Shown: positions 23,696 through 36,724 of the stretch, one piece after another
Numbering within the stretch: the first letter of the stretch is position 1
Layout: each line of letters opens with the position of its first letter
Source: Paraspadella gotoi
Lineage: Eukaryota > Animalia > Chaetognatha
Direction: 5' to 3'
NCBI GenBank assembly: GCA_051294375.1
Contig: CM119263.1
Span: forward strand, 27,692,533 to 27,756,532
Length of the DNA stretch: 64,000 nt
Position numbers and translations under genes: made by a program
Notes under the pieces: generated by a model
Seen by the model: the letters and a program-made list of their open reading frames with translations, nothing else
Databases searched by the model: none
What the model was told of the DNA's origin: nothing

Positions 23696-25223
23696 TTAAT
23701 TTTAAAAAATGAGTTTTAAAAATGAATTACCTTACTTTTCGTAAACGAAATTGCCTCATGGGCCAGAGTAACTTGCGCCCCGGTTTAGTCTATTTCATGT
23801 TCATGTTCATGTTCTCACTCTCTGTCTCTCTCTTTAAGCTTCTCCTCTCGATATTTCACCCTCCTTTCCTCCCCCCTCGCCCCCCATCTCTCCATTCCAA
23901 CTGAGTGCTTACTTTTCATTATCCTTCTCCAGTTTTTTCTCTTTTTTTTTTACGAGAAAACCGTCACCTGAGGTCCCTCTTTCCATCTCGCTCTCCATCT
24001 AGCCATTTCTCCTTTCTTCTAATATTGACTCATTCTCTGTCGCGTTCCCCCCTTCTTTTCATTTATCCCTGTGTTTTATTCTTTCGCACATTGATTGCCT
24101 TTTGTTTCCCGAGACTGGCTTCGGGGTTTCTTCGTCGAATGAGTTTTTCTGGATCAAGTTTTTTTTTTCTTTTCTTTATGATTTATCTTCTTCCATGATT
24201 TTCTATTTGGTTACTTTTTGTTTATGTTTGTATTTATCTTCATTTTCTTTGTATTTTTTACTTTTTTTTTTCATGTTTATTTATGTCTTTATTTGTCTTT
24301 TTTTAAATATATTCATATTCAGCGTTAAATATATATTTTTAAAGTAATTTTTTTAAATTATATTTATCCTACTCTATATTTTTGTTTTTTTATTTATTCT
24401 GTCTGTATATTTCAATATTTTGGTCTTTTTTAAATTTATTTGTTACTGAATTTTTTGTATAACTTGCGTTATCGGTAAAACGTTAAAAACCCTGTGAGCC
24501 TTTTGTTTACGATTTATTCTTCTCACATTTGAAAAGAAAGAAATTCGCATCTTAAGTAACGAAAACATCTGGAGTGGGCGTGGCGAGACGTCTGTGAGGA
24601 AGAAAACTAACGTTTGATCTATGGAATTTTCAGTCTGTGCTGTTTTTTTTTTAATTGTTAGTAAATAATAAGTATGTGATTGACGGTTTTTTTAATTTTA
24701 TTGTTCTTTCCTTTTTTGTACGAGTCTACTTTTAAAGACATAAAAATAATAAATTTGTACAAATTTAATTAAGAATAATAGATAATATTAGTCATATATT
24801 AACTATTTCATTAACGAACTCTTAAAGATTATGCCTAGAGGAACGAAATGAGAATTAATGAACACATATTAAAACTTAATCCCTTCTTTTCTCTTTGTGG
24901 TTCACCTTCTATTAACGTCGTGATCTTTTGTTTTCTTTATCCTCCTTCAACGAGCGACTTCTCATTTTCCCCTTTTGTCTTTAGTGTCGGCTTTTGGAGG
25001 CTTTGTCGTCTTTGTCGGCTTTCCTCTTTTCTCAAATTCCTTTGTTCCTTTTGTTTCTCTCTCTTTTCAAAGGGGGCGTTGCGCTTTTTTACTTTTAGTT
25101 TAACATCTAAATTTTTTTTCATTTTTTTTCTTTTTTGTTTTAGCACGAAAAAAAAGAGAGGGTAATAGGAAGAAGACGGAAAGAAAGAACAGAAAAAGGA
25201 AGAAAGAAAGTAAAAATTAAATA

Positions 25224-25295
<72 letters not shown>

Positions 25296-25749
25296 ATGAA
25301 AAAAAGAATAAATAAATACGCATATATATACAATTATATATATAAAGAAAAAATAAAGAACGAAATAATTGAAGAAAAAGAGGGCCCCTAAACAATTTGA
25401 CACTTCATTTACCGTCTGACAAACAAGTTTTAGAAAACAACGCCGGATCGGCACGCGGGCATTTAGCAGTAAGCAGCGAATCAGATGAAAAGAGATTATT
25501 AATCTTGAAATTACTTTTTATTTTTTACAGTTTACCAACAATATTTACAATTTATCGGTTTTTTTATGTCGTCGTCGTTTAATTTTTCTAGTCGTTATAG
25601 TTTTCATGGTTGTTATGGTAGTTATTGTTATTTTGGTGGTAGTTGTTGTTGTTGTTGCAACATGGATTTACATTTCGTATAAAAGGTAAAACATACAAAA
25701 TTAAATAGTTATCAGTAATTTTTTTTTCTCTTGAACCCTTTTCCACTCG

Positions 25750-25945
25750 GACGATTCCATCAAAACGTAATTTCCAGCTTAATCACAATCACACCCACAA
25801 ACTAAATTTCTTATCGACACGAGTAATCGGCGTTCAAAGCTAAGGGGGACAGACAGTTAGACAGAGAGACAGACAGACGGACGGACGGACAGACCTTTTT
25901 TTTTCATAATTTATCATAATTCAGCGTTCTGAGATGACCGGAATG
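25750..25945 (-). mobile_element. Partial copy of the same family
   Basis: GGCGTTCAAAGCTAAGGGGG-(ACAG)n is the reverse complement of about 10175-10236. Confidence 0.6.
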
Positions 25946-27394
25946 ATTTGTTGACAAGATTAAAGGGTTTGACTAAAGAGCGGCTAAAAAAGCGACTTCA
26001 AAAACAGTCGCCACGTCTTGGCTAGCAAAGACTTGCCAAAGATGGATCATTTAAACCTGGGGTTTAAAATTATCGTTTTTGTCCCCTGGTTAACAATTTG
26101 ACGACTTTACCGCTAAAAAATTAAAAAAAAAAAACACATTTTCGCCAACTGGCTGGCGAGAAAAGCAGCAAGAAAAAGAAACAAAGCAGCAAGAAAAGCA
26201 AGCAAAGCAAAGTGGCGTTCCTGCCATTCGGCGAACGGAGCGGCGTCTTTCCCGCCTGGCGCCACGCCAAACGGTCGGCGCCGGACGGCGAGCGTGAATC
26301 TCACGTGAGGATCGCAATGGGAAGAGGGGGGGGGCGACGGGCGGAGGCGTCTGAATACAATAAATTCTCTGGCGTCGCTAGAAAAAAAAATGGGGGGAGG
26401 AGGAAGAGCGGGAATAAAACGAGGAGAGGAAAAGAAAACAATTAAAAAGTAAACAAAACTCAAAAAAACAAAAGGCGTCTTTATTTTAATCAAAAAGATA
26501 AAAAAATAAATAAATAAAAAAGAAAAAGAAGAAAAAAAGACGATAAAAATTTAAAATGGCGTCTTAAAGTTGAAAGGGAAACAAAAGGAGAAAACAAAAA
26601 AGAAAAACAGGAAACAGACGCTGAATGGGAGAAAATTTAGTCTCTTGAGTCTCGTCGGTTGGATTTTAAAGAAAACGCCTCGACGTCCCGCTTGTCATAA
26701 AAAAAGAAGGAAAGATAGAAAGACAGAAAGACAGAAAGAGAAAAATTTAAACAAAAAATGAAGGAAAGAAAGACAGCATGAAAGGAAAAAAGATAGAAAA
26801 AAAGGGTGAAACAAAGAGAGAAAATGAAACTAAGAAAGAAAGAAACATACAAATATGGTAAAAAGAAAGAGTTGGAAAGAAAGATAAAATAAAAAGAAAG
26901 TAAGAAAAACTGAAAAAAGGGCTAAGTCGGCTCTTTACGCGCACAAGGCCCCGTTATTAAAATGTGTTACGAAAGGAAGATAAAGCGTTGCTCTCTTATC
27001 TTCGGCTATGAAAGGGCGACATCAAGCGGCGGCGGCTGCGGCGGCGGCGGCGGCAGCGGGGGCGGCGGGGAAGGCGCGATGAAGACTTTAATTGTTTTTT
27101 CTTTTGCTGTTGTTGCTGTAGATGTTTGTGATGACGTGGTAACGGAGGAGGTAAAAATTATGGCAAACGTGATGGTATTGGCACCACCAACGCCGCCATC
27201 GCCGCAACAGCCACTTTCACCGCCTCCGCCGCCAGCGCCTCGTCCGCATCGCTCAAATTTCGCTGCCAAAATGACGGCCTCTTTTTTTTTGGAAGAAGAT
27301 TGGCGAAGAATGAGAGCGAACAGAGGGCGTGGAAGGGGAAGCAGAGGGCGCTGAGGCTGAGAGAGAAAAAAAAGAGCATCGGAGGGAGATTGGG

Positions 27395-27612
27395 GAGAAA
27401 TGGGAGATGGTGAAGTCATAGAGAAGAGTGGGACTGTGGGATATGGTGAAGTGAAGGAGAAGTGGCAGATGGTGAAGTGATGGAGAAATTAGAGATGGTG
27501 AAGTGATAGGGAAGTGGGAGATTGAGAAGTGATGGAGAAATTAGAGATGGTGAAGTGATAAGGAAGTGGGAGATGGTGAAGTGATAGAGAAATAGGAAAT
27601 GGTGAAGTGATT
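27395..27612 (+). repeat. Minisatellite of about 20 bp
   Basis: Repeated GAGATGGTGAAGTGAT core. Confidence 0.85.
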
Positions 27613-28913
27613 AAGGTAACGGCAATGAGAAAGTGGTTGAGGCAAAATGGAAGATTTGCATAATGGGAAGAAAAGCGTAAATTTAACGGATTTAAAGAAA
27701 AAAAAATTAAAAATTTTGTTGCGTAATCGAAAGCAAAAGAAATAAATCGAACGACCTTGATATTTTTTCGCCGGCTGAAACTGCGAGTTTTGATTGGAAA
27801 AAAACATTTTATATTTGGACCAATAACAAGGCGAATATTTTTTAGCTTCGGTTACATCACTGGAAGCTTTTTATGTGAAAGTTACGTAAATATTTATTTT
27901 TTTGAAACGTAATTTTGTGAATTATTCAAGATTTAAACTTTCCTAAATTAAGTTTGAACTTTGATAAAATACAAGACACTTTAGAAATGTTTTTTTTTAG
28001 GATATTTTTTTTTTGTAAAGTTTTTATCTCGTCAAACACGATCTCGGAATTATTATAATTTTTTTTACTTCTTTTGTTGGTCATGATAGCTAATCTTACT
28101 AATTGGATCGCTGCTTTTTCATTTACCTCTGTTCTCTTGCTCCATCCACATTAAACACTTCCCTTAGTCCCCTCCCTATCTAACCCCTCCCCAACTCCCC
28201 TCTCCATCTAAACCCCCCACGTCCCCGCCAGGACTCGATCCCCCGACCTTTTCGACTCGAGACGCGACGTCCTTCAATCATCTTTCCCTTTCCGCTTCGA
28301 CTCCTTCCGCGTCGACGAAGGAGTTGGGGTGGAGAGGATGTGAGAGGGGGAGGAAGGGGTGTCGGAGTGGCGAGAAGGAGTGGCCAAGATTTGAAGGGGA
28401 GGAGACGGTGGAGGAACTTATGGCAGAGACAGAGAGGTTGTGAGAGGTGAGATATTGGAGTGAATAAAGAATTGTGATTGCAATTCTGAACGGGTTGGTC
28501 AGTCAACAGTGAAGAGTATAGAATCTATACTATAGATTGAAGACTTTTGACGGAATATTATAAAATAATAAAATTTAAAAGAGAATCAAAGAAAAAAAGT
28601 AAGAGTTTGAATGAATTATCTCGAGCAACATTCACATCTTTGTCTTTGTGCAAAATCTGACATAGCGCGTTCTTCAATTTTTTTTTTTTCGAGTTTGCCT
28701 TTTGTTTGTGACGAGAAAAGTGAAAAAGAAAATGTTTATTGTTTGTGATTTTAAACTAATTTGATTATTATTTTCTCTCCGGGAGATAACGAAAATCAGA
28801 CTAACATTCCTGATTATAATCGACGTCTCATTCTTTTCTTTCTTTTTTTCTTTTCATTCATTCATTCATTCATTCATTCATTCATTCATTCATTCATTCA
28901 TTCATTCATTTAT

Positions 28914-29013
<100 letters not shown>

Positions 29014-29564
29014 TCACAATTTTCAGAAGGATAGGGAAAAAAGGGTTGAGCCTCTCCAAGGGTCTAAAAAAAACCCATGAATCGAACCACAAACGCGAGT
29101 TTTATGAAGCCTCTCCTCGTCCGGGCCATTCCGGCCAAAGTAGAAGATCATTTTTTTCTTAACCGAGAAATTCCTCTCTTTTTTTTGGCGGCAGAGATAC
29201 TTTTTTTTTCTCTTCAGATTCATTTTCTTTTCGATTCGAGGAAAAGAACCTTTTCTCAGAATTGAAAAAAAAAGGATCTTTTTATTTTGGAAGGAGATAT
29301 TTTGAGTTTCAAAAGGTTTTACTTTTATCAATTTTTTATCTGAAATTTATCGTTTTTGTGGTGTTCAAAGTATAGTAATGTTAGTAAGTTTTCATGTAAA
29401 ACATTCGCGTGTTCGATTGAGCAGAGCAAAAAACGAACAAAACAACAAAACAATCGAAGAGTTGTTTTTTTTCCGCGACTCGACCAAAACAGAAAGAAAC
29501 TTCGTTTATGGCTTCCAAATTATTGAGCAGTTTTGGCACTGATGCTTAGAATGACAAGAAGACC

Positions 29565-29620
<56 letters not shown>

Positions 29621-31421
29621 TGCAAATGAAACCAAAAAAATGAAGGCCGAAATGACGAACAGAAAAAGATGAAAATTTTTGACAATAAGACAATTATATA
29701 ATTAACATCGAAACATAATTTATTCGCATACTAATAACTGTTTGTTTGACTCAATAGACCGTATATATTTCGAGTTTTAAAAATATTAAAACCCACGAAA
29801 AAACGCTTTGATTACATCGCGAAAAGAAAAGCCACAAAGGAACAGCTTCTATAAGAAAAATGGTCTTGTCTAAAATAACGATAATGACGGGAGTAAAAAA
29901 AAAGGTGACGACGACGACGAAGACTACGAAGACGACGACGAATACGACGACGAAGACGACGACGAAGACGTTTCACCAAACAAAAAAACTCACACATTAA
30001 TTTGACAAGTGTTTTCCCGACGAAAAAAAAACAAAAAACAACTGGCAATTTAAAAATTCAAGCACAAAAAGTCTTAAGATTATTATTATCAAATAGTTTA
30101 ATGGTTTCTTCAACTTTTTAAAGAGGAAAGACAAGCGCTGCACTTTTATTCTTTCAGCCCTCGCAATCTACCCTCTTGCATCTCCTAAACCCCAAATTCT
30201 TTTGCATCTGCCCATTACATCTCCCCATCGCTAATCCCCCTTGCATCTCTCTTCCCTCTCCTCCCCCCGCACCCCGCCCCCCTCCCTAAAGACGAGTCGC
30301 CGAAGCGAAGTTTATGTTCTCAGTTGTTTATGCGAAAACTCTTTTCTCGCCGCGTCATTAACGCCGCGGAAGACGATCTCGCCACGCCACGCTTCTGCTC
30401 GTGGCGTAACTAGTCGTCGCGCCACGCGGCCGTACAATTATTTCCGCGCCACTCGTCAGTTTTTTAATCTTTTTCACTTTTTTTTTTTTTATCAAACATA
30501 AACTTCGGATGTAAAATTCTAATGTTGGCTCAATATACATTCGAGCAATTTGAATTAAGAACCAGTCGATCTGGCGCGACACCTAATTTTCCCTTTAATT
30601 CGAATCTCTCAAGTCTAAATTAATGTAAAACGTCATAATGCAGCTTTAAATGTAACAATATAATATTAGAATGTAAAATAATCCAACGTATAACACCATT
30701 AATCTGTCCAAACCGACGACGCAGAGTCTCTCCATTAAAGTCACTCAATCGCTTCTCGATGAAATCGCCAATTCGCCTCCACAACCGAATTCAAGTCTTT
30801 TTAAAAGGTCCCCCTGTAGCGGCTAAGTATCACTCGTCGCCTGACAGAACCATGAGCGAACAATGCATCGACTCTTAGGTGCTGCCTGACAGAATATCAC
30901 TGAAGGGCTAAAAGAGGCCGCCTGACAAAACAATACTGAAGCATGCATCAAGTACAAAACTTCGCCTGACAGAACTCAGCTGAACAACTAAAATACGCTG
31001 CCCGACAGAACCACGCCGCCTGCCAAAACGACGCCGCCTGACTAAAAGACGCCGCCTGACAAGGCGTCGTTTCCCGACGAATCGACGCCGCGAGTTTTCG
31101 GTTCCATCGACGATGGAAGAAAAAATCAGTGAAGGAGAAAAAAAAAAGAATCGAAGAAAAAGAATCGAGTTGAGTGGTTGAACCACCAACCACCATCACG
31201 ACTACCACCACTACCACCGCCAAACACCACCACCACCATCTCATTCGCCAACATCCTCACCTCCATCGCCACCATCCAAGAAGCAGCAACATGAACATCC
31301 ACAATTCTACATCAGTACGACAATCATTATCATTATCATCGTTATTATCACCATCATAATTAATGTCATTGTCATATGACGCTGTCATCATTATCAGCCT
31401 CCTCCTTCTTCTGATCATAGT

Positions 31422-31453
<32 letters not shown>

Positions 31454-32550
31454 GTCACAATAACAGCAACAGCAACAACGGAATGTCTTGAGTAAAAATA
31501 TGATATGAATGACAATGATAAATATAATAATAGTGTTTAATGACAGATACAATCGGCAGCCAGGGACTAATGCTGTAATTCATAATGGTACTGGCTATGT
31601 GATTTTGGCTCCAGCCGGGGCTGAGATTTTGGCTTTAGCTTGGGCTGTGACCCTAACCAGGGCTAGGGCTCCGGCAAATGACTCGGCTCGCCGAAAAATT
31701 TTCCCGCCCGGGGTTCATTACCGATAATAGAGGGCAAAAGTCGGGAGCGTTGGTCGGCCCGGGGGCCAGAGTTATAATAGTTAGTAGCCATTAGTAGTTG
31801 GACTGACCGCTAAAGTTTTTCGTTATTTAAAAATGCAAGAAGTAGGGTCTTGTTTTGAAGTGGATTGATTCTCTCTCCTTGTTTAGCCTCTTGGGAAATT
31901 CTCTTTCTCTCGGAGAAATTAATAACTGATTCAGTTTTGGAGGAAAAAGGGAAGCGGGGGGGAGGCGGAGAGAAAGAGGTTGTGAGAGAGGAAAACAAGG
32001 TTTTAAACCCGGTTGAGCCACAGTTTTATTATTTATTACGCGCTACGTGCTTAGTACGTTTTGTAGTTCATATAGGCCACTTTAAAGTTTCGATAACAAT
32101 AGTTTTTTTTTTTACTCAGAAAATTAAATTAGTGCTTTATTTTTTTTATATATTTCTTTGTTGTTTTTTTTCAAAACCCATTTTTAGAGCTTAAATTTAG
32201 ATTTTTTTCGGCAAGACGATTGCCCTTTTATTTTTCAACGATGCTATTTTTATTCGGCCATTTTGATCCAACGTCGCCTCTAGCGGCGAACAGGGGGAAT
32301 TAATCATCGTCTCCTCGCGCGCAAACAAGTTTTCAATCTCCATTTAACGGCGGGAATTTGATGGGAACAAAAAAATTGAATGTTCCACGTCACAGACAAA
32401 AATTGAACAAAGTTTAAAATATTTTAATATTTTATTGTTTTATAACATTATTTTAAATATTTTCTTTGGTTTTGAGAAAATAATAATAATGTCAATATAC
32501 TAAGTTCTTTTCACCGAGAAAGAGCGAAAAAGAGGAAAAAGAAAGAAAGC

Positions 32551-32586
<36 letters not shown>

Positions 32587-32724
32587 TTCGTAGTTTTTGG
32601 GTGAAACATAGTACGTCTTTTAACAACTCCCCTGCCGCCTGAAAAAGCACCATCAAGGCGGAAAGGAAAAAGCAAGGGAAAAGGAATAAAGAATAGAGAG
32701 AGACAGAAACGGGACTCGGGTTAA

Positions 32725-33040
32725 ATGGCCGAAAAGAGGAGAATGGAAAGGGTTTTTTAAGGCTGAAAATGGAAAAAATGGAAAGGCTGAAAAGGGAAAA
32801 ATGGAAAAGGTTTTTTAATGCTAAAAATGGAAAAAATGGAAAGGCTGAAAAGGGCAAAATGGAAAAGGTCTTTAAAAGCTGAAAAGGGAAAAAAAAATTG
32901 AAAAGGGAAAAATGAAAATGGTTTTTTAAGGCTGAAAAGGGAAAAATGGAAAAGTTTTTTAAAGACCAAAAATGGAAAAATGGAAAAGCCGAAAAGGTTT
33001 TTAAAGACTGAAAAGGGAAAAATGGAAAAGGTTTTTAAAA
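32725..33040 (+). repeat. Purine-rich minisatellite
   Basis: Recurrent AGGCTGAAAAGGGAAAAATGGAAAAGGTTTTT units. Confidence 0.85.
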
Positions 33041-34371
33041 GGGAAGACTAAAGGGACGACTAAAGAGAAGAGTAAAGGGGATTGAAAAAATTCGGAAGGT
33101 AATAGCGAGAAAAGTAGGATAGATAACAAGGTAAACTGTTTTAACCACATTAAACATTCTACTTAAATGTGCAGGAAAAAAAAGGTCTGCCATATTTTTA
33201 TTACGGAGAAAAATATATAATGGAGATATTGTGTATTAACTTTCCTTTACTGTACGTTTCGAATTTAGAGAAAAACAATTTTTGAATTGTTTGTCAACGA
33301 ATTATATTTGGACAATCAGTTAGTCGGACATGTTTCGACTCTGCAGTGAGAGTGTTCTTATGTTCTTATTATATCTTATTGACAGAATCACTGATTTAAA
33401 GATTTAAAGATAAAAATAATTTTCAAAACCTGATATTTAAGATCTCGTGGAAAGCAACAAGCAACAAGCAGATTGTAAATATTTTCCGCTCTTGAGTTTT
33501 TTTAATTTTTTTATTTTTTGTGGTTTTTCAATTTAATAAACAAAAAGAAACTGACAGAAAAAAATACCGATTTACTCAGGTTCGCTCGAAGTTGTTATAG
33601 AAATTTTCATTTTATTTCTTTCGCCCGTGGGTAAACAAACAAACAATCAAAAACAACTAAAGATAAAGAAGTTTGTAGGAATTAAAACATATGAGCATCG
33701 AAGGGACTTTAACGCCTCTAGAAAAAAAGATACTGTCATCGACCAAAAATTCGGTAAATATTTCAAATGAACTTGAGGTATAAATTAAAAGGAAACGAAC
33801 TTGAGACTAACCTAGAAGTAACAAACGTCGTGTTTAGCAGAAACAATAAATTCAGATTTCCAGTTTCTCTACGAAGGATCGAGAATCTAAGAGTCGTGGA
33901 AGGTCAAAGTCAAGAGCGAATACGAAACCAAACCGATTCCGGTTTCTGACAAAGAGTTTGGTCATCGTTAAAGATGAAGAAAACAAGAAACAAAAACTGC
34001 GGATGAGATTGACAAATAACAGAAGGAAAAAATATAAACAATACGAAGTATCGCATGTGAAACAAAAAACATACAAAAAAAAAAAGATATAAAATAATAA
34101 AAGATAAACAAAATACTGCGGATAATATTGACAAATAACAAAAGAAAACAAAAGGAAAAAATCAACAAAACTTCGATAAAACATTTTTGGAAAAAATTTT
34201 TAAAAAGAATTTTCGTTATTTTTTTGTCTCACGCGTCAATTGGACAATCGCACAATTGGACTAGAATTTATTAAAAAATAAATAAATAAATAAATAAATA
34301 AATAAATACAATAAATAAATAAATAAATAAATAATAAATAAATAAAATAAATAAAATAATATAAATAATAA

Positions 34372-34407
<36 letters not shown>

Positions 34408-34440
34408 AAATAAATAAATAAATAATATAATAAAAAAAAT

Positions 34441-35415
34441 ATGACCTCCCACTTCGTCTTCGAATCTATCTTCGCCGTCACCTTCGCCATCTTGACGACT
34501 CTGTGCTGGAGTTACCTCAACATCGTCGTCAACGTCCTGGAGGACCGACTCGACTGGCTCCTCACCGTTTCCGCCATCGCCGTCTTCGCCGTCCCCACCG
34601 CCGCGCCGCTGGCCTTCCACTTCCGCGCCTCGCCGCTCGGCGACGCCGGCCTGTCCGCCTGGCGCCGGCCTCACCTGGTGCTAGCGCCGGCGGCGGAGGT
34701 GCTGGCCAAGGTGCTGATCTTTTGGGCGATGAACGGATGTCCAGTGGGCGACGCGGTGACGTTGTCGAATCTCCTCGTCGTGTGGACGGCGATCGGCGTG
34801 GCAGTGAGGAGACGAAGGGCGCCGAGTCTCGTCACAATCGGCGCCATCGTCGTCACACTCGTCGGCGTCGTCCTCATCTATAAACCGACGTTTATCTTCG
34901 GCGACAACGATGACAACAACGACAATGAAAGATTCCCTGACAAGAAACTCTATTATCTCCTGTCTCTCTTAATCTCTCTCCCTTACACTTACATCTTCGT
35001 CGCCAACGATTACGTTCAAAGAGGCGGCGCCGTCCATTGGTCCGTTTATCACCTCAACTTCGCCATCGTCGCCGTCGTCGTCGTCATCGTCGGGTGGGCG
35101 TGTCGCTGGGGCGTCTCTAGTCGTCTCGTCGCTTCGTGGAGCGGCGTCGACGGACTCGGAGCCGGCGTCCTCGGCGCCATCGACGTGGCGGGGCGCTTCG
35201 GTCTCATCTTCGCGTCGCAGTTGATAGATGGCGACATCATCGCCGTTTTGGTCACGCTGGAGATTCCCGTTACTTACGCGCTCGGGTTCGTCTTTCTAAA
35301 TCAGACGCCCGATGCGGAAGGAATTTGCGGCGTCCTTTTGATCTTCGGCGCCATCGTGACTATAACTGTGAAAGACGTCGTCGACAACAGGTCTAAAGAT
35401 CGAATCGAGTATTAG
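34441..35415 (+). CDS. EamA/DMT-superfamily transporter, SLC35G-like
   Basis: GC-rich 324-aa intronless ORF with about 10 TM segments in two halves. PVGDAVTL, GVVLIYKPTFIFG and LEIP..Y.LGFVFL...P....ICGVLLI are typical of SLC35G/EamA proteins. Confidence 0.85.
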   Translation: MTSHFVFESIFAVTFAILTTLCWSYLNIVVNVLEDRLDWLLTVSAIAVFAVPTAAPLAFHFRASPLGDAGLSAWRRPHLVLAPAAEVLAKVLIFWAMNGCPVGDAVTLSNLLVVWTAIGVAVRRRRAPSLVTIGAIVVTLVGVVLIYKPTFIFGDNDDNNDNERFPDKKLYYLLSLLISLPYTYIFVANDYVQRGGAVHWSVYHLNFAIVAVVVVIVGWACRWGVSSRLVASWSGVDGLGAGVLGAIDVAGRFGLIFASQLIDGDIIAVLVTLEIPVTYALGFVFLNQTPDAEGICGVLLIFGAIVTITVKDVVDNRSKDRIEY

Positions 35416-36015
35416 GATCTCGGAGAGAAACTTTGAATTTGAATCTGGATAATTATTATTGCTTGTTTTAGGTAATATGTATGTAAATAATAAATAAATA
35501 ATTGAAAGAGGCCTTTTGAAATAATCGTTCATTGCTATTACTATATACAGTCAGACGAGTTAGGTTGAAAAATTATTTGGAATTATGATTTGGAGATGAA
35601 AGTAGAAAAAAGTAGTAAAAAAAAAATACAAAAAAACAAAAGACAAAGACTCGTCCAAGAGAAAGACAGGTCGAGAAAGCAAAGGAAAGAAAACTGAATC
35701 CAGCGTCCGGAAACGCCGAGCCGTCCAAAACGCGATTAAACATTTAAAGAATCTGTGTCACAACATTTCCGACGACAACGACAATGAGTTAAATAGAGTT
35801 TTGGCCGCATCGCGAGAGACTAGAAAACCGTTCTATCATCGCTCTAATGCTCCACGTTTAATATATTTTTACTTATCTAAGTTATACTTATTTGCAGAAA
35901 TAAAGCGTCCATATAAACACTTTTTTTTCTGAATTTATACTTTTTCAATCTTTGTGTGAGCTTTCACTATCCTCTGCGTCTCTCCCCCAAAAAAATATCG
36001 TTGGAAGGTTTCATC

Positions 36016-36538
36016 TGTAGCTTGAGGCCAACCAGGCAACTGAAAATTCTGAATTCAAATCTCAGATTTATAGATTAAGCAAACTTTAAATCTTTTGTTT
36101 ATTTCTATTACAAAGTATTATTTGACCCTCTGAAGATGGCTCTGTGAAAATCCTTTTGTATTATGTTTCAGACTGTTTACTTTTGAAATTGTTAAACTGA
36201 ATTAATTCAGTCTTGTCTTATGCACTCTTCGCGAATACATCAAAACAATTAATAAACTATCTCGGCTTGTTTTTATTAAATCATCAAATGTAATCAATAC
36301 ATTAAATAATGATGTCATGAAACTCGAGTTAAAGTTTAATAATAAATTGAATTAAATCATTTTAATATTACTACAAATAAACTCTGAGTAAGAATAAACA
36401 ATTTGAGTTACCGTTCCTGCTTTCCCTGTGTCATTGCCAATCAATTACTATCATCATTGATGGCACAACTTAGTCACATGAACTCCTGTGGGCAAGACCT
36501 TTCGTAACGCTGTAGCTGGCCTCAATAGGTCAACCACA
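36016..36538 (+). repeat. 5' LTR (523 bp)
   Basis: Starts TGTAG and ends CCACA. By eye it matches the 3' LTR except for a 28-bp deletion and one substitution (A36506 vs C42588). Confidence 0.95.
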
Positions 36539-36540
36539 CA

Positions 36541-36554
36541 TGGTGAGAACGACG
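36541..36554 (+). other. Primer-binding site, divergent tRNA-Trp-like
   Basis: TGGTGAGAACGACG begins 2 nt after the LTR end. It resembles the tRNA-Trp PBS TGGTGACCCCGACG with 3 mismatches. Confidence 0.65.
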
Positions 36555-36724
36555 ACGAAACAAAACCAACCTTCAAAACGGGGAGACAGCGGAATCAACC
36601 CTTTCCCAAGGTAAGATTGGGTTAGAAATCTGGGATTTAAGCCAATCGCCCAATCGGCTCACGCTTATCCTTTCTCTTCCATGCTCCCCACGTTATCTAC
36701 ATCTCGACGGAGTCAAACGAATCC

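Noticed and set aside
30835-31065. CRISPR array interpretation
   Set aside because: The core is only about 11 bp and degenerate, the spacing is irregular, there are no cas genes and the context is eukaryotic.
36126-36165. Possible hammerhead in the LTR (CTGAAGA...GAAA)
   Set aside because: Stem II and stem I cannot form convincingly.
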